From an uncultured Planctomycetota bacterium (GTDB lineage Bacteria; Planctomycetota; Planctomycetia; Isosphaerales; Isosphaeraceae), in assembly GCA_963737655.1 (NCBI GenBank), contig CAVTTN010000002.1:6912001-6976000 (forward strand): a stretch of DNA of 64,000 bases, in the 5' to 3' direction. The notes beneath the pieces were generated by a model that was not told the origin of the DNA, did not search any database, and saw only the letters and a list, made by a program, of their open reading frames with translations. The translations under genes and the position numbers were made by a program. This document shows positions 19,732 to 27,674 of the stretch, piece by piece (position 1 is the first letter of the stretch; each line of letters opens with the position of its first letter).

Positions 19732-22700
19732 ATGTGCGTGTGCCTGCCGCGCGTCCCGGCGGCCAGCTTCTGCAAGGACGACCTGTACTGCCCCCAGTGC
19801 GGCCGGGACGTGGCCTGGCTCGCCTCGACCCGGCACGAACTGCCCGACCCGGACGACCCCTCGGGCCGGAAGCTCCTGTGGGTCTACGCGCAAACCCGGC
19901 CCGACCTCGGCACCTACTTCGAGCTGCCGCTGGCCTACGAATCGCTCAACGAGAGCCACCGCAAGACCCAGCGCGACCTGATCCTCTCCGAGGAAGACTG
20001 CTCGGTCCGCGCCCGGAGGGACGTCCATGAGTTCACGCTCGAATTCCTCCCCGGGTCCGGCGGGCGAGACGTTCGATCGTCGTGCGACGGCCTGCGGTTC
20101 CGGCTCGACCCGACGCTCGTCCGCACCTACACCGACGACTGGACCACCGACGTCGAGCAGATGCCCGACTCGGGAATCCGCTGCGAGCTGACGCTCGTCG
20201 GCAACTGCGGCAAGAGGACGTTCGAGGTCCTCGCCCTGCCCGAGCCGGTGTGGGAAGCCCGGGTCCGCGATCCCGAGGGCCAGTATCTCCAGGACTACGT
20301 CCCCTCCTGGGAGGAAGACCCCGAGATCCAGCACGCCTGGGCCATCTCCCGGAGGGGTTGGCACGACCTGACCGTCGAAATCCACGTGACCCGATCGTTC
20401 CTCCGCCTCAGCGACGATGGTCCCCAGGCCGCCGGCTCCAACCCCTCGCTCACCGGGCTGGGGGAGGGCTTCGTCCCCACGGTCCATCCGCCGACGGGCC
20501 GCATCCTCGGCCCCGGTCGGGAGCCGTGCGTCCTGGGCCTCGGGTTCGACGCCCGGGACTGGAGCCACGGCGAGATGCGGGCCCTCCGCGCCAGCTTCTC
20601 GGCCGAGGTCTGGGGCTTCCTCGAAGTCGCCATCCACCTCTACATCCGGCCCCGGGGCGAGATCGGACTCCGCCCGGCCGACGAGTACCGCATCCCGCCG
20701 ATGCACTACGGCGAGGTCGCCCTGAGCAAGCCCGAGGGGGCCGCGGACCGCTCCGAGCCCCACTTCAACCACCTGAAGGTCTTCAACAGCGGCGACGAGG
20801 TGCTCCGGCTGCGCCGCCCCCAGATCATCGACAAGGACCCCGCATTCCCGGACTGGGTCCGCATCGACTGGGCCGAGAAGCAAGGCGACCTCGTCGAGAT
20901 CGCCCCCGGGGGGGAGCAGGGCCTGTTCCTCGCCGTCAAGATCGACCTCTCGGCGATCGACGCGGAGGCCGTCCCCGTCAGCAAGATGATGAATGCCCTG
21001 ATCCTCCTGGAGAACGTGGGCGAGGACCTGATCGTGGAGCGAAAGCTCTCCCTGGTCGTCACCGCAGTCTCGCGACGCAAGGCCCTCGGCGACGCCCTGG
21101 CCATCGACTTCGGCAACTCCAACAGCTACGCGGCGTTCATGGACGAGGATCGGCCGGTCCCGGTCCTGGGAGGGAGCAACCCGGAGGACTTCCCGACCGT
21201 CCTGCACTTCCCCGAGGCGCCTCGGCCCTCGTTGAGCAACGTCGAGATCGGCCGCGAGGCGATGGCCGAAGGCGAGAGGGCGCCCAGCAGCACCGTCCGC
21301 TGGCTCCTGAAGCGCTGGCTGATCGAGGACGACTGGAATGCCCCCTGTTCGATCAAGCCGCTGCGAGGCCCGCGGTTCGTCCGGTCCCGGCGCCAGCTGA
21401 TCGCCATGTTCCTGGAGAAGCTGATCCTGAAGTGTGAGGCGGCCCGCCGCAGCTACGTGACGAGGCTGGGCCTCTCCTACCCGGCCAACTTCGGCCCCCG
21501 GGCGCGGCGGAGGCTCGACCAGGTCATCGCCGAACTCCTGAAATGCCGGGAGGCCACCCACCCCGGCCTCGAGGGCCAGTTTCGCATCGAGAAAGTCTCG
21601 ACCCGGGACTCCACGCCCGACGAGGCCAGCGCCGTGGCGATCGAGTTCGTCCACAACGCCGACCGCTTCCGCTCCACGATCAAGGAGAGGCTCGGGCAGG
21701 ACGGCAAGTTCCTCGTCGCCTCGTTCGACTTCGGCGGAGGCTCCATCGACACGGCCCTCCTGCTGTTCACCCGGCTGCCGACGACCCTCCCGAAATTCCT
21801 CAGCCGACATCTCAGCCTCGGGGGCGATGAGCTGTTCGGCGGCGACAACGTGACGATCGCCGCCTTCCACCTGCTGCTCAAAGGGGTCCGCCAGGCGACG
21901 GCCGAGATCCTCCCGGCCGCGGAGTTCCCCGTCGAGGAGGCCCCCAACCACCTGGCCAGCGACACCGAGCCCTCGAACAACCACCAGAGGCTCCGCGTCC
22001 TGGCCGAGACCTTCAAGCGGTTCCTCTGCGAGTCCCACCGCACCGAGGCGCCGAAGGCGGCCCGCGGCGCCGCCCTGGAACGCCTGGACGTCGCCCTCCT
22101 GGATTTCTTCGAGAGGATCACGCTCCGCCCGAGGGCCGAGCCCGAGATCCTGCGGGCCCTCCGCGACCGGCTCCGGGAGACGGCCCTGAAGCTGACCCTG
22201 GACGACGTCTACGACCAGGAAGTCTTCCAGGACGCCGAGCGGCGGTATCCCTACACCGTTCGGGAGCGGGTGGAACGGTGCGTCCAGGAGCTGCGCAGGT
22301 TCGTCGAGGTCCAAAACCCCGACGTCCCGCCGACCTGCCCCCTGTTCCTCGTCCTGGCCGGGGCGGCGTGCCGTCTCCCCCTGGTCGGCCAGCTCCTGGC
22401 CCACGAGTTCCGCGACTGGCTGGAGCCTCGGGACGCCCCCCCCGAGGGCCAGGCCCCGGCCGAGCCGCGACGCCAGGCCTGGATCATCGACGACCCGACC
22501 CGCGACGGCTCCGCCCGGCCCAAGAGCAAGGTCGCCTTCGGCCTGAGCCGCTACCTCGACTACCGGGCCAAGACCCCGAGGCGGATCGAGGGCCTCAGCC
22601 GGGCCGGAGACTTCACCCACGGGCCGATCGTCTGGGACGGCGGTGGCGGCGACCGGGTCGAATGGGTCCCCACCTGCTCCCCCCTGATCGACGGCCCGTG

Positions 22701-23031
22701 GCACCCGCTCCCGGGGATTTCGCTCCTCGAATGCATGAACCTCAACGGCGAGATCGAAGTCTATCACCGGGCGTTCCGCCTCGAACGGATCGGCGTGTTC
22801 CGGCTCTCCAGGCCCGCCCCGGACCTGGGGGAAAGCCGGGCCCGGGCCCTTCCCGATCCGATCGACGAGACCGAGCCGAGCGAGGTGCTGCTGAAGGTCA
22901 ACGGCTCCGAGGACGTCCTCCTGCTCCGGGTCCACCTGGGTCGGGACGACTCCGGCCGGTGGAAGGAATTCGGCGACTGGGTCCTCGAACCCGACGACAA
23001 GGAAGCCCGGGCGCGCCCGGACCTCGGCTGA
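19732..23031 (+). CDS. Divergent Hsp70/actin-like ATPase with an N-terminal Zn ribbon and beta-sandwich region
   Basis: LAIDFGNSNS, FPTVLHF, LLKRWL, LSYPANF, DEASAVA, SFDFGGGSID, FGGDNVT, LVLAGAACRLPLV, KSKVAFG. N-terminal YCPQCG. Confidence 0.88.
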   Translation: MCVCLPRVPAASFCKDDLYCPQCGRDVAWLASTRHELPDPDDPSGRKLLWVYAQTRPDLGTYFELPLAYESLNESHRKTQRDLILSEEDCSVRARRDVHEFTLEFLPGSGGRDVRSSCDGLRFRLDPTLVRTYTDDWTTDVEQMPDSGIRCELTLVGNCGKRTFEVLALPEPVWEARVRDPEGQYLQDYVPSWEEDPEIQHAWAISRRGWHDLTVEIHVTRSFLRLSDDGPQAAGSNPSLTGLGEGFVPTVHPPTGRILGPGREPCVLGLGFDARDWSHGEMRALRASFSAEVWGFLEVAIHLYIRPRGEIGLRPADEYRIPPMHYGEVALSKPEGAADRSEPHFNHLKVFNSGDEVLRLRRPQIIDKDPAFPDWVRIDWAEKQGDLVEIAPGGEQGLFLAVKIDLSAIDAEAVPVSKMMNALILLENVGEDLIVERKLSLVVTAVSRRKALGDALAIDFGNSNSYAAFMDEDRPVPVLGGSNPEDFPTVLHFPEAPRPSLSNVEIGREAMAEGERAPSSTVRWLLKRWLIEDDWNAPCSIKPLRGPRFVRSRRQLIAMFLEKLILKCEAARRSYVTRLGLSYPANFGPRARRRLDQVIAELLKCREATHPGLEGQFRIEKVSTRDSTPDEASAVAIEFVHNADRFRSTIKERLGQDGKFLVASFDFGGGSIDTALLLFTRLPTTLPKFLSRHLSLGGDELFGGDNVTIAAFHLLLKGVRQATAEILPAAEFPVEEAPNHLASDTEPSNNHQRLRVLAETFKRFLCESHRTEAPKAARGAALERLDVALLDFFERITLRPRAEPEILRALRDRLRETALKLTLDDVYDQEVFQDAERRYPYTVRERVERCVQELRRFVEVQNPDVPPTCPLFLVLAGAACRLPLVGQLLAHEFRDWLEPRDAPPEGQAPAEPRRQAWIIDDPTRDGSARPKSKVAFGLSRYLDYRAKTPRRIEGLSRAGDFTHGPIVWDGGGGDRVEWVPTCSPLIDGPWHPLPGISLLECMNLNGEIEVYHRAFRLERIGVFRLSRPAPDLGESRARALPDPIDETEPSEVLLKVNGSEDVLLLRVHLGRDDSGRWKEFGDWVLEPDDKEARARPDLG

Positions 23032-23067
23032 GGCCGGAGGCCCGTCGCCTCGATGCGGAGGAGAGCC

Positions 23068-24273
23068 ATGCGCGATGGAGCCGAGCTGTGCCTCTTCCTC
23101 GATCGGTGGCTGGCGACCCGGAGGCGGGACGCCTCGGTGGCCACGATCGCGGCCCGGATCGTCCCGTCGGCCCTGGCCCGGGGCGACGTGCCGGAACGGT
23201 TCGTCGCCGAGCTCCGCTCGCGCCTCGACGGGCTCAAGGGCCTGTTAACGGGCCTGGAGACCGACCGTTCCGCCCCCCTCGCCTCGGCCGGGGCCCGGCT
23301 CGCCCTGTGGGCCCGAGGCGCCCGCCAGCTCGTCGATCGGTGGGACGTCTCGGCCTGGTCCTCGTCGGCCCTGGACCTCTCCTCGGAGAAGAATCCCCTG
23401 ATGATCGCGGCCGTCTCGCAGAGCCTCCACGTCTCGGCCGAGACGCTCGGCGACGCCGCCCTGAAGGCCGGCCTCCGCCGTCTCCGCGAGGCCGATGAAC
23501 GCCCCTTCCGCTCCTTGCCCGTCCCTCCGGGGCCCGAGGCATCCTGGGATGCCGGCGACTATGTCTTCCCCGCGCTCGGTTCGAAGATCGCCGAGAAGGC
23601 CAGGGCCTTGCTCGGGAACGAGGCCGAACCGCCCGGGCTGGCCGAGCTCCTCGCCCTGATCGCCGAGGGCTGGCCGGTCCCTCGGACCCGGCTCCTGGCC
23701 GCCCTCCCGGGTCAGCCCGGCCGCGAGGCCGGTGACCAAGCCGATCGCCCCTCCGAGCCCGACCACCCCGGGACGCGAGTCAAGGCCCAGGGCGACGGAC
23801 CGGGGCCCGCCGGCGCCTTGCTCCGCGAGGCCCGGGACCGGATCGCCGAGCTGGCCCGATCTCTCGGGGCCTCGACCTCGGCGGCGGCCCGGGAGTTCAG
23901 CGTCCGAATGGCCGAGGCCCTGGCCCGGAACTCGGCCTCCACGACCGAGGGGCTGGGCCGGGAGTTGACCGCGATGCTGGCCGCCCTGGACGACCCGGCC
24001 GACGCCGCCCGCCCGCCTCGGTGGAGGCCCGAGACGCTCGCCGCCCTCGCCCGGATCGGCCAGGGGATCAAGCTCGGCGAGGTCCTCGACGACTCGCTCC
24101 TCGGCCAGCCCCTCCAGGCCTGGGCCCCGTTCGTCGCGGTCGTCGGGAACGACGAAAACCCCCTGGGCGGCGACGAGCGACGGATCAGCCACGTCGAGCG
24201 ACCGGGCTTCGCCGTGAAATTCTCCGACGGCCATCGTCAGCCCCTGGTCCGCGCCCACGTGCGGACCTCATGA
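23068..24273 (+). CDS. Helical protein with a GrpE-like C-terminal beta domain
   Basis: The C-terminus RISHVERPGFAVKFSDGHRQPLVRAHVRTS resembles the GrpE head (IxEVxQKGYxLxxRLLRPAxVxV). RBS GGAGGAG upstream. Directly follows the Hsp70-like gene. Confidence 0.65.
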   Translation: MRDGAELCLFLDRWLATRRRDASVATIAARIVPSALARGDVPERFVAELRSRLDGLKGLLTGLETDRSAPLASAGARLALWARGARQLVDRWDVSAWSSSALDLSSEKNPLMIAAVSQSLHVSAETLGDAALKAGLRRLREADERPFRSLPVPPGPEASWDAGDYVFPALGSKIAEKARALLGNEAEPPGLAELLALIAEGWPVPRTRLLAALPGQPGREAGDQADRPSEPDHPGTRVKAQGDGPGPAGALLREARDRIAELARSLGASTSAAAREFSVRMAEALARNSASTTEGLGRELTAMLAALDDPADAARPPRWRPETLAALARIGQGIKLGEVLDDSLLGQPLQAWAPFVAVVGNDENPLGGDERRISHVERPGFAVKFSDGHRQPLVRAHVRTS

Positions 24274-24296
24274 ACCGACCCGGGCCGGCCGAATCG

Positions 24297-27200
24297 CTAC
24301 TTCTTCGCCTTGAGGATCTCCACCGTCTGCACCGTCACATTATAGGTCTTCGAGAGGTCCAGAGCGTTAGAGGTCTTCGAGGGGTTCGGAAGGGGATAGA
24401 AGATCTCGATCTCTCCCAGGGACGGGGCGAAGCTCTCCCCGGGTGCGTCGAATTCGAGATCGAACGCAACGCCGGGCCCGCCGTTGGGCTTCGTCTGTTT
24501 GAGGGTCAACTTCGGGCCGAGCTTCGGATTCGGCGTCCCGGTCTTCGTGTCGTGGAACTTTTGCCCCTTCTTCATCCGGACCTGGACTTTCTCGGGGAGC
24601 AGGGTGCCCCGGGCCGTGGCGATGCGAATCTCCAGCTTCAAGGGATGCCCCTTGATCGGGAAGTATACGATGTCCCGGGGCAGGGGCTTGCCTCGGGCGT
24701 CGAGAACCTCCAGGTCATTGACCTCGACGACGGCCTTCCACGGCACGGACCTGGTCTCCTCGGCCATGAGGACGCCGTTTTCCAGCGTGTAGGTGCCGCA
24801 TTCGGCCTGGGTGGCATCGATGTCGATCGGCAGGAACCCGGGATTCGGTTGCGCCGTGGCTTCCAGGTGGAGTGAACGCTTCCGGGGCTCGAACCCGAGG
24901 GTCGAGACCGGGACGGCCGGGGCGCCCTCCTTCTCCCGGAACAGGAAACTCGGGTACGAAGGCAGCCCGGAGCGGTCATCCAGGAACCGGAGGCTGACGT
25001 CGCGGACGATCGCCGATTGGTCGGCCCTGGCGTATCGCTCGTCGCGCTTGAGATTGACCTGGATCTGCGCCGGTTGATGATCGAGGCCTTTCTGGACGCG
25101 GATCGTCCGGTCTTCGGGCTCGATGGGCTCAATGGTCGGGCCGCCGAGGTCCACCTCCACCTTCGCCGTCTTCGGGTCGAACTCGTAGTGGTCGGGGAAC
25201 CCGCTGATCTGGAGCTGAAATGAGTAGTAGCCCGGCTTGTACTTCGTGCTGGGCCGGAAGGCGACCTGAAAGGTTTCGGAAGAGGACTTCAGGTCGAGTT
25301 CCTTCGGCTTGCCCTTGGAGTCGTTCGGGTCGCCCTGGCGCCTCAGCCAGAGTTCCTCGGAGGGGGTGAAGCCGGCGGCCTCCTTGGGGATCACCACCTT
25401 CAGAGGGCCTGGATAGCCTTCGAGCTTGACCTGGAGGTCCTGGCTGTGGGCCGCCCGCCCGTCGGGCTCGGGGACGAGCGCGATCGGCGGCTCCCGGTTC
25501 AGGCTGACCTTCGGGGCGGTGGCCACGGACTTGAAATACACATAAAGCGGCGGAATCCGCGGCCCAGCCTGGGTGGGCGTGAACAGGAGCCACCCGCCGG
25601 AATACACGCCCTTCGGAACGGTCTTCGGCAGTCCCAGGCCGAAGCTCGACTCCAGATCGCGACCAACGATCGGTTTGAGCCGGAGGGCGGCGGGGAGTTT
25701 GTCCTGATTCTCGCCGCCTCCTCGGAGGGTCAGGTTCGCGGTCGTGGACACGATGCCGATGTCCTTGAGCTCCACGTTCCCCTGCTTCGGGGCGACCAAA
25801 AGGCTCGCCTGGAACTCCATCGGCGGCATGCCCTCGCGACCGAGCAACGGCTTCCGGCTGCTCCGAAGGACGGGCTTGAGCTTCACCGTCTCGCCGTCTC
25901 CGCCTCCCAATGAGCGCTCTCCCTTGGCCACGGCGATGGTCTGGCCATCCTTGACCTGCACCTCGGCGCCGTCCCAGTCCAGGACGTTATCAACCTCCAC
26001 GTCGACCGCCGGCAGTCGCAGCGAGTAGCCCCTCAGAGCCGACTTCTCGTACTTCGCGTCCGGCTTCCCCTTGGCCGTGACTCGGAATGAATAATGGTCG
26101 GTGTCGCCTCCCCGGCCCTTGAGCGTCGAGGGGTCGATCGTGCGGGTGAAGCTGTTCGTGGTGGCGTCGAAGGCCAACTCGACTCCCCCGACCAGGGTGG
26201 TGGGAGGCTTGTCCGGCTCCTCGGCCGTCTCGACGTTCAGCTTGAGCTCGAACATGTCGTCCGAGAATCCTGTGCCTTTCTGGTTCATGACGACCCTGAC
26301 CGTCAGGGGGACGTACCGGCTGATCGGCCCGTCGAATTTCAGGGGATCGAACAGCGGCCAGAGCGTCCGTTTCGAGAAATCCAGCCGGCGATCCCTGTCC
26401 GAGACCTGCCAGGACGTCTCGAGCCGATCGGGTAGGACCGCGCCCGGGGCCGGCGTGGGATCGGAGTATCGCATGAAGGAATAACTTAACTCGTCTTTCC
26501 GCGTGAATCGGTCCTTGATTTCGAGGCGGTCGCCCACCGCCCCGAACCACGTGATGACGAAGTCCCCGGGCGATCCTTCATAAGTTCTCGGCGGCTTTTC
26601 GGGGACGATCTTGTGGGCGATGACCCCCACGTCACGAATCCCTTTCATCCGGTCGGGTAGGGACTTCGCCGGGGTCCGGGCCGGGATCTCTTCCGTCCTG
26701 GTCCAGTAGCCCTTGAGTCCCCAGATCATGTCGCGGAACTTGTCGAAGAGGACCTGGTTGGTGGCGGCGGTCTCGAAGTGGCCGCCGGTCCATTCCGCGA
26801 TCCTCTTTAACAGATCATCGTCGAGATCGGTCCCCAGACCGAACGTGAAGACCTTGGTGTGGCGCTCGGAGAATTCCCGGCACTCGTCGATGAGCCACTT
26901 CTTGATTTTCGATTCTTTGAGGATCTCCGGGTACACGCCGTCCTTCGCCGCCATCGTGTCCCACGGGGCATCGAGTCCCACCGGCTTATTGGCGATGTCA
27001 TTCGGATAGCTTACTCGCGGCTGTCTTAGGGCGGATTCCTGACCGTCGGTCAGGAGGATGACGAAGCGGCTGCGATTCTCGCCGATGTCGAGACCCTCAA
27101 TTTTTTTCCTGGCGGTTTCCAGAGCCTTCAGGAGGGATGTTGCTCCGCTATCGGAGTTGCCGCCCTGGATGAACCCCTGCACCTTGTTGCGGACATCGTC

Positions 27201-27578
27201 GCCGGCCGCCGTGAGGCCCTTTGCGTCCCGGACCGGGACGAATTCGGCCGGGAGGTTCCCGAGGACGGCCTGGTTCGCCGTCCTCGCCGGGACCTGGTCG
27301 TTGAACGGGACGATCAGCAACCGATCATTCTCGCTCAGCAGGTCGATGGCCAGCAGGACGGCGTCCCAGCGGATGCGCTGGGGATCGTTCCCGTTCGGCG
27401 GCCCGTTGAGGTCGCCGTTGCTGTTGAACATGCTGGCGGAGACATCGACGAGGATCATGAGGTCGATCGGCTTGCCGCCCTCCTGGGCCTCGGCGGGCCG
27501 GGGCGGCGGGAAGGCCAGGAGACCGGCGGCGATCAGGGCCGTCGCCAGGCTCCGGGGGATCGGGGCGGTGCGGGGCAT
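24297..27578 (-). CDS. Exported von Willebrand factor A (MIDAS) domain protein with beta-sandwich repeats
   Basis: Signal peptide ending in AEA-QE. MIDAS motifs ILVDVSASM, GATSLLKAL, VILLTDGQE, FTFGLGTDLDDDLLKRIAEWTGGHF. Confidence 0.9.
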   Translation of the reverse strand: MPRTAPIPRSLATALIAAGLLAFPPPRPAEAQEGGKPIDLMILVDVSASMFNSNGDLNGPPNGNDPQRIRWDAVLLAIDLLSENDRLLIVPFNDQVPARTANQAVLGNLPAEFVPVRDAKGLTAAGDDVRNKVQGFIQGGNSDSGATSLLKALETARKKIEGLDIGENRSRFVILLTDGQESALRQPRVSYPNDIANKPVGLDAPWDTMAAKDGVYPEILKESKIKKWLIDECREFSERHTKVFTFGLGTDLDDDLLKRIAEWTGGHFETAATNQVLFDKFRDMIWGLKGYWTRTEEIPARTPAKSLPDRMKGIRDVGVIAHKIVPEKPPRTYEGSPGDFVITWFGAVGDRLEIKDRFTRKDELSYSFMRYSDPTPAPGAVLPDRLETSWQVSDRDRRLDFSKRTLWPLFDPLKFDGPISRYVPLTVRVVMNQKGTGFSDDMFELKLNVETAEEPDKPPTTLVGGVELAFDATTNSFTRTIDPSTLKGRGGDTDHYSFRVTAKGKPDAKYEKSALRGYSLRLPAVDVEVDNVLDWDGAEVQVKDGQTIAVAKGERSLGGGDGETVKLKPVLRSSRKPLLGREGMPPMEFQASLLVAPKQGNVELKDIGIVSTTANLTLRGGGENQDKLPAALRLKPIVGRDLESSFGLGLPKTVPKGVYSGGWLLFTPTQAGPRIPPLYVYFKSVATAPKVSLNREPPIALVPEPDGRAAHSQDLQVKLEGYPGPLKVVIPKEAAGFTPSEELWLRRQGDPNDSKGKPKELDLKSSSETFQVAFRPSTKYKPGYYSFQLQISGFPDHYEFDPKTAKVEVDLGGPTIEPIEPEDRTIRVQKGLDHQPAQIQVNLKRDERYARADQSAIVRDVSLRFLDDRSGLPSYPSFLFREKEGAPAVPVSTLGFEPRKRSLHLEATAQPNPGFLPIDIDATQAECGTYTLENGVLMAEETRSVPWKAVVEVNDLEVLDARGKPLPRDIVYFPIKGHPLKLEIRIATARGTLLPEKVQVRMKKGQKFHDTKTGTPNPKLGPKLTLKQTKPNGGPGVAFDLEFDAPGESFAPSLGEIEIFYPLPNPSKTSNALDLSKTYNVTVQTVEILKAKK

Positions 27579-27674
27579 GGCGTTCGCCTCGTCGGTTCGG
27601 GGCTGGCATGAACATTCTTCGCAGGGCCGGCCCGGGCTAGCCCTGCGAGGTACGAAGAAACCCAGCCCGGATGC

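Noticed and set aside
16201..22935. 2244-aa minus-strand ORF
   Set aside because: Antisense shadow of the tubulin-like and Hsp70-like genes. High GC3 suppresses stop codons, and it has no motifs.
19732..24273. Housekeeping dnaK-grpE
   Set aside because: Too divergent, with a long N-terminal extension, no DnaK substrate-binding domain and no dnaJ, so gene symbols were withheld.
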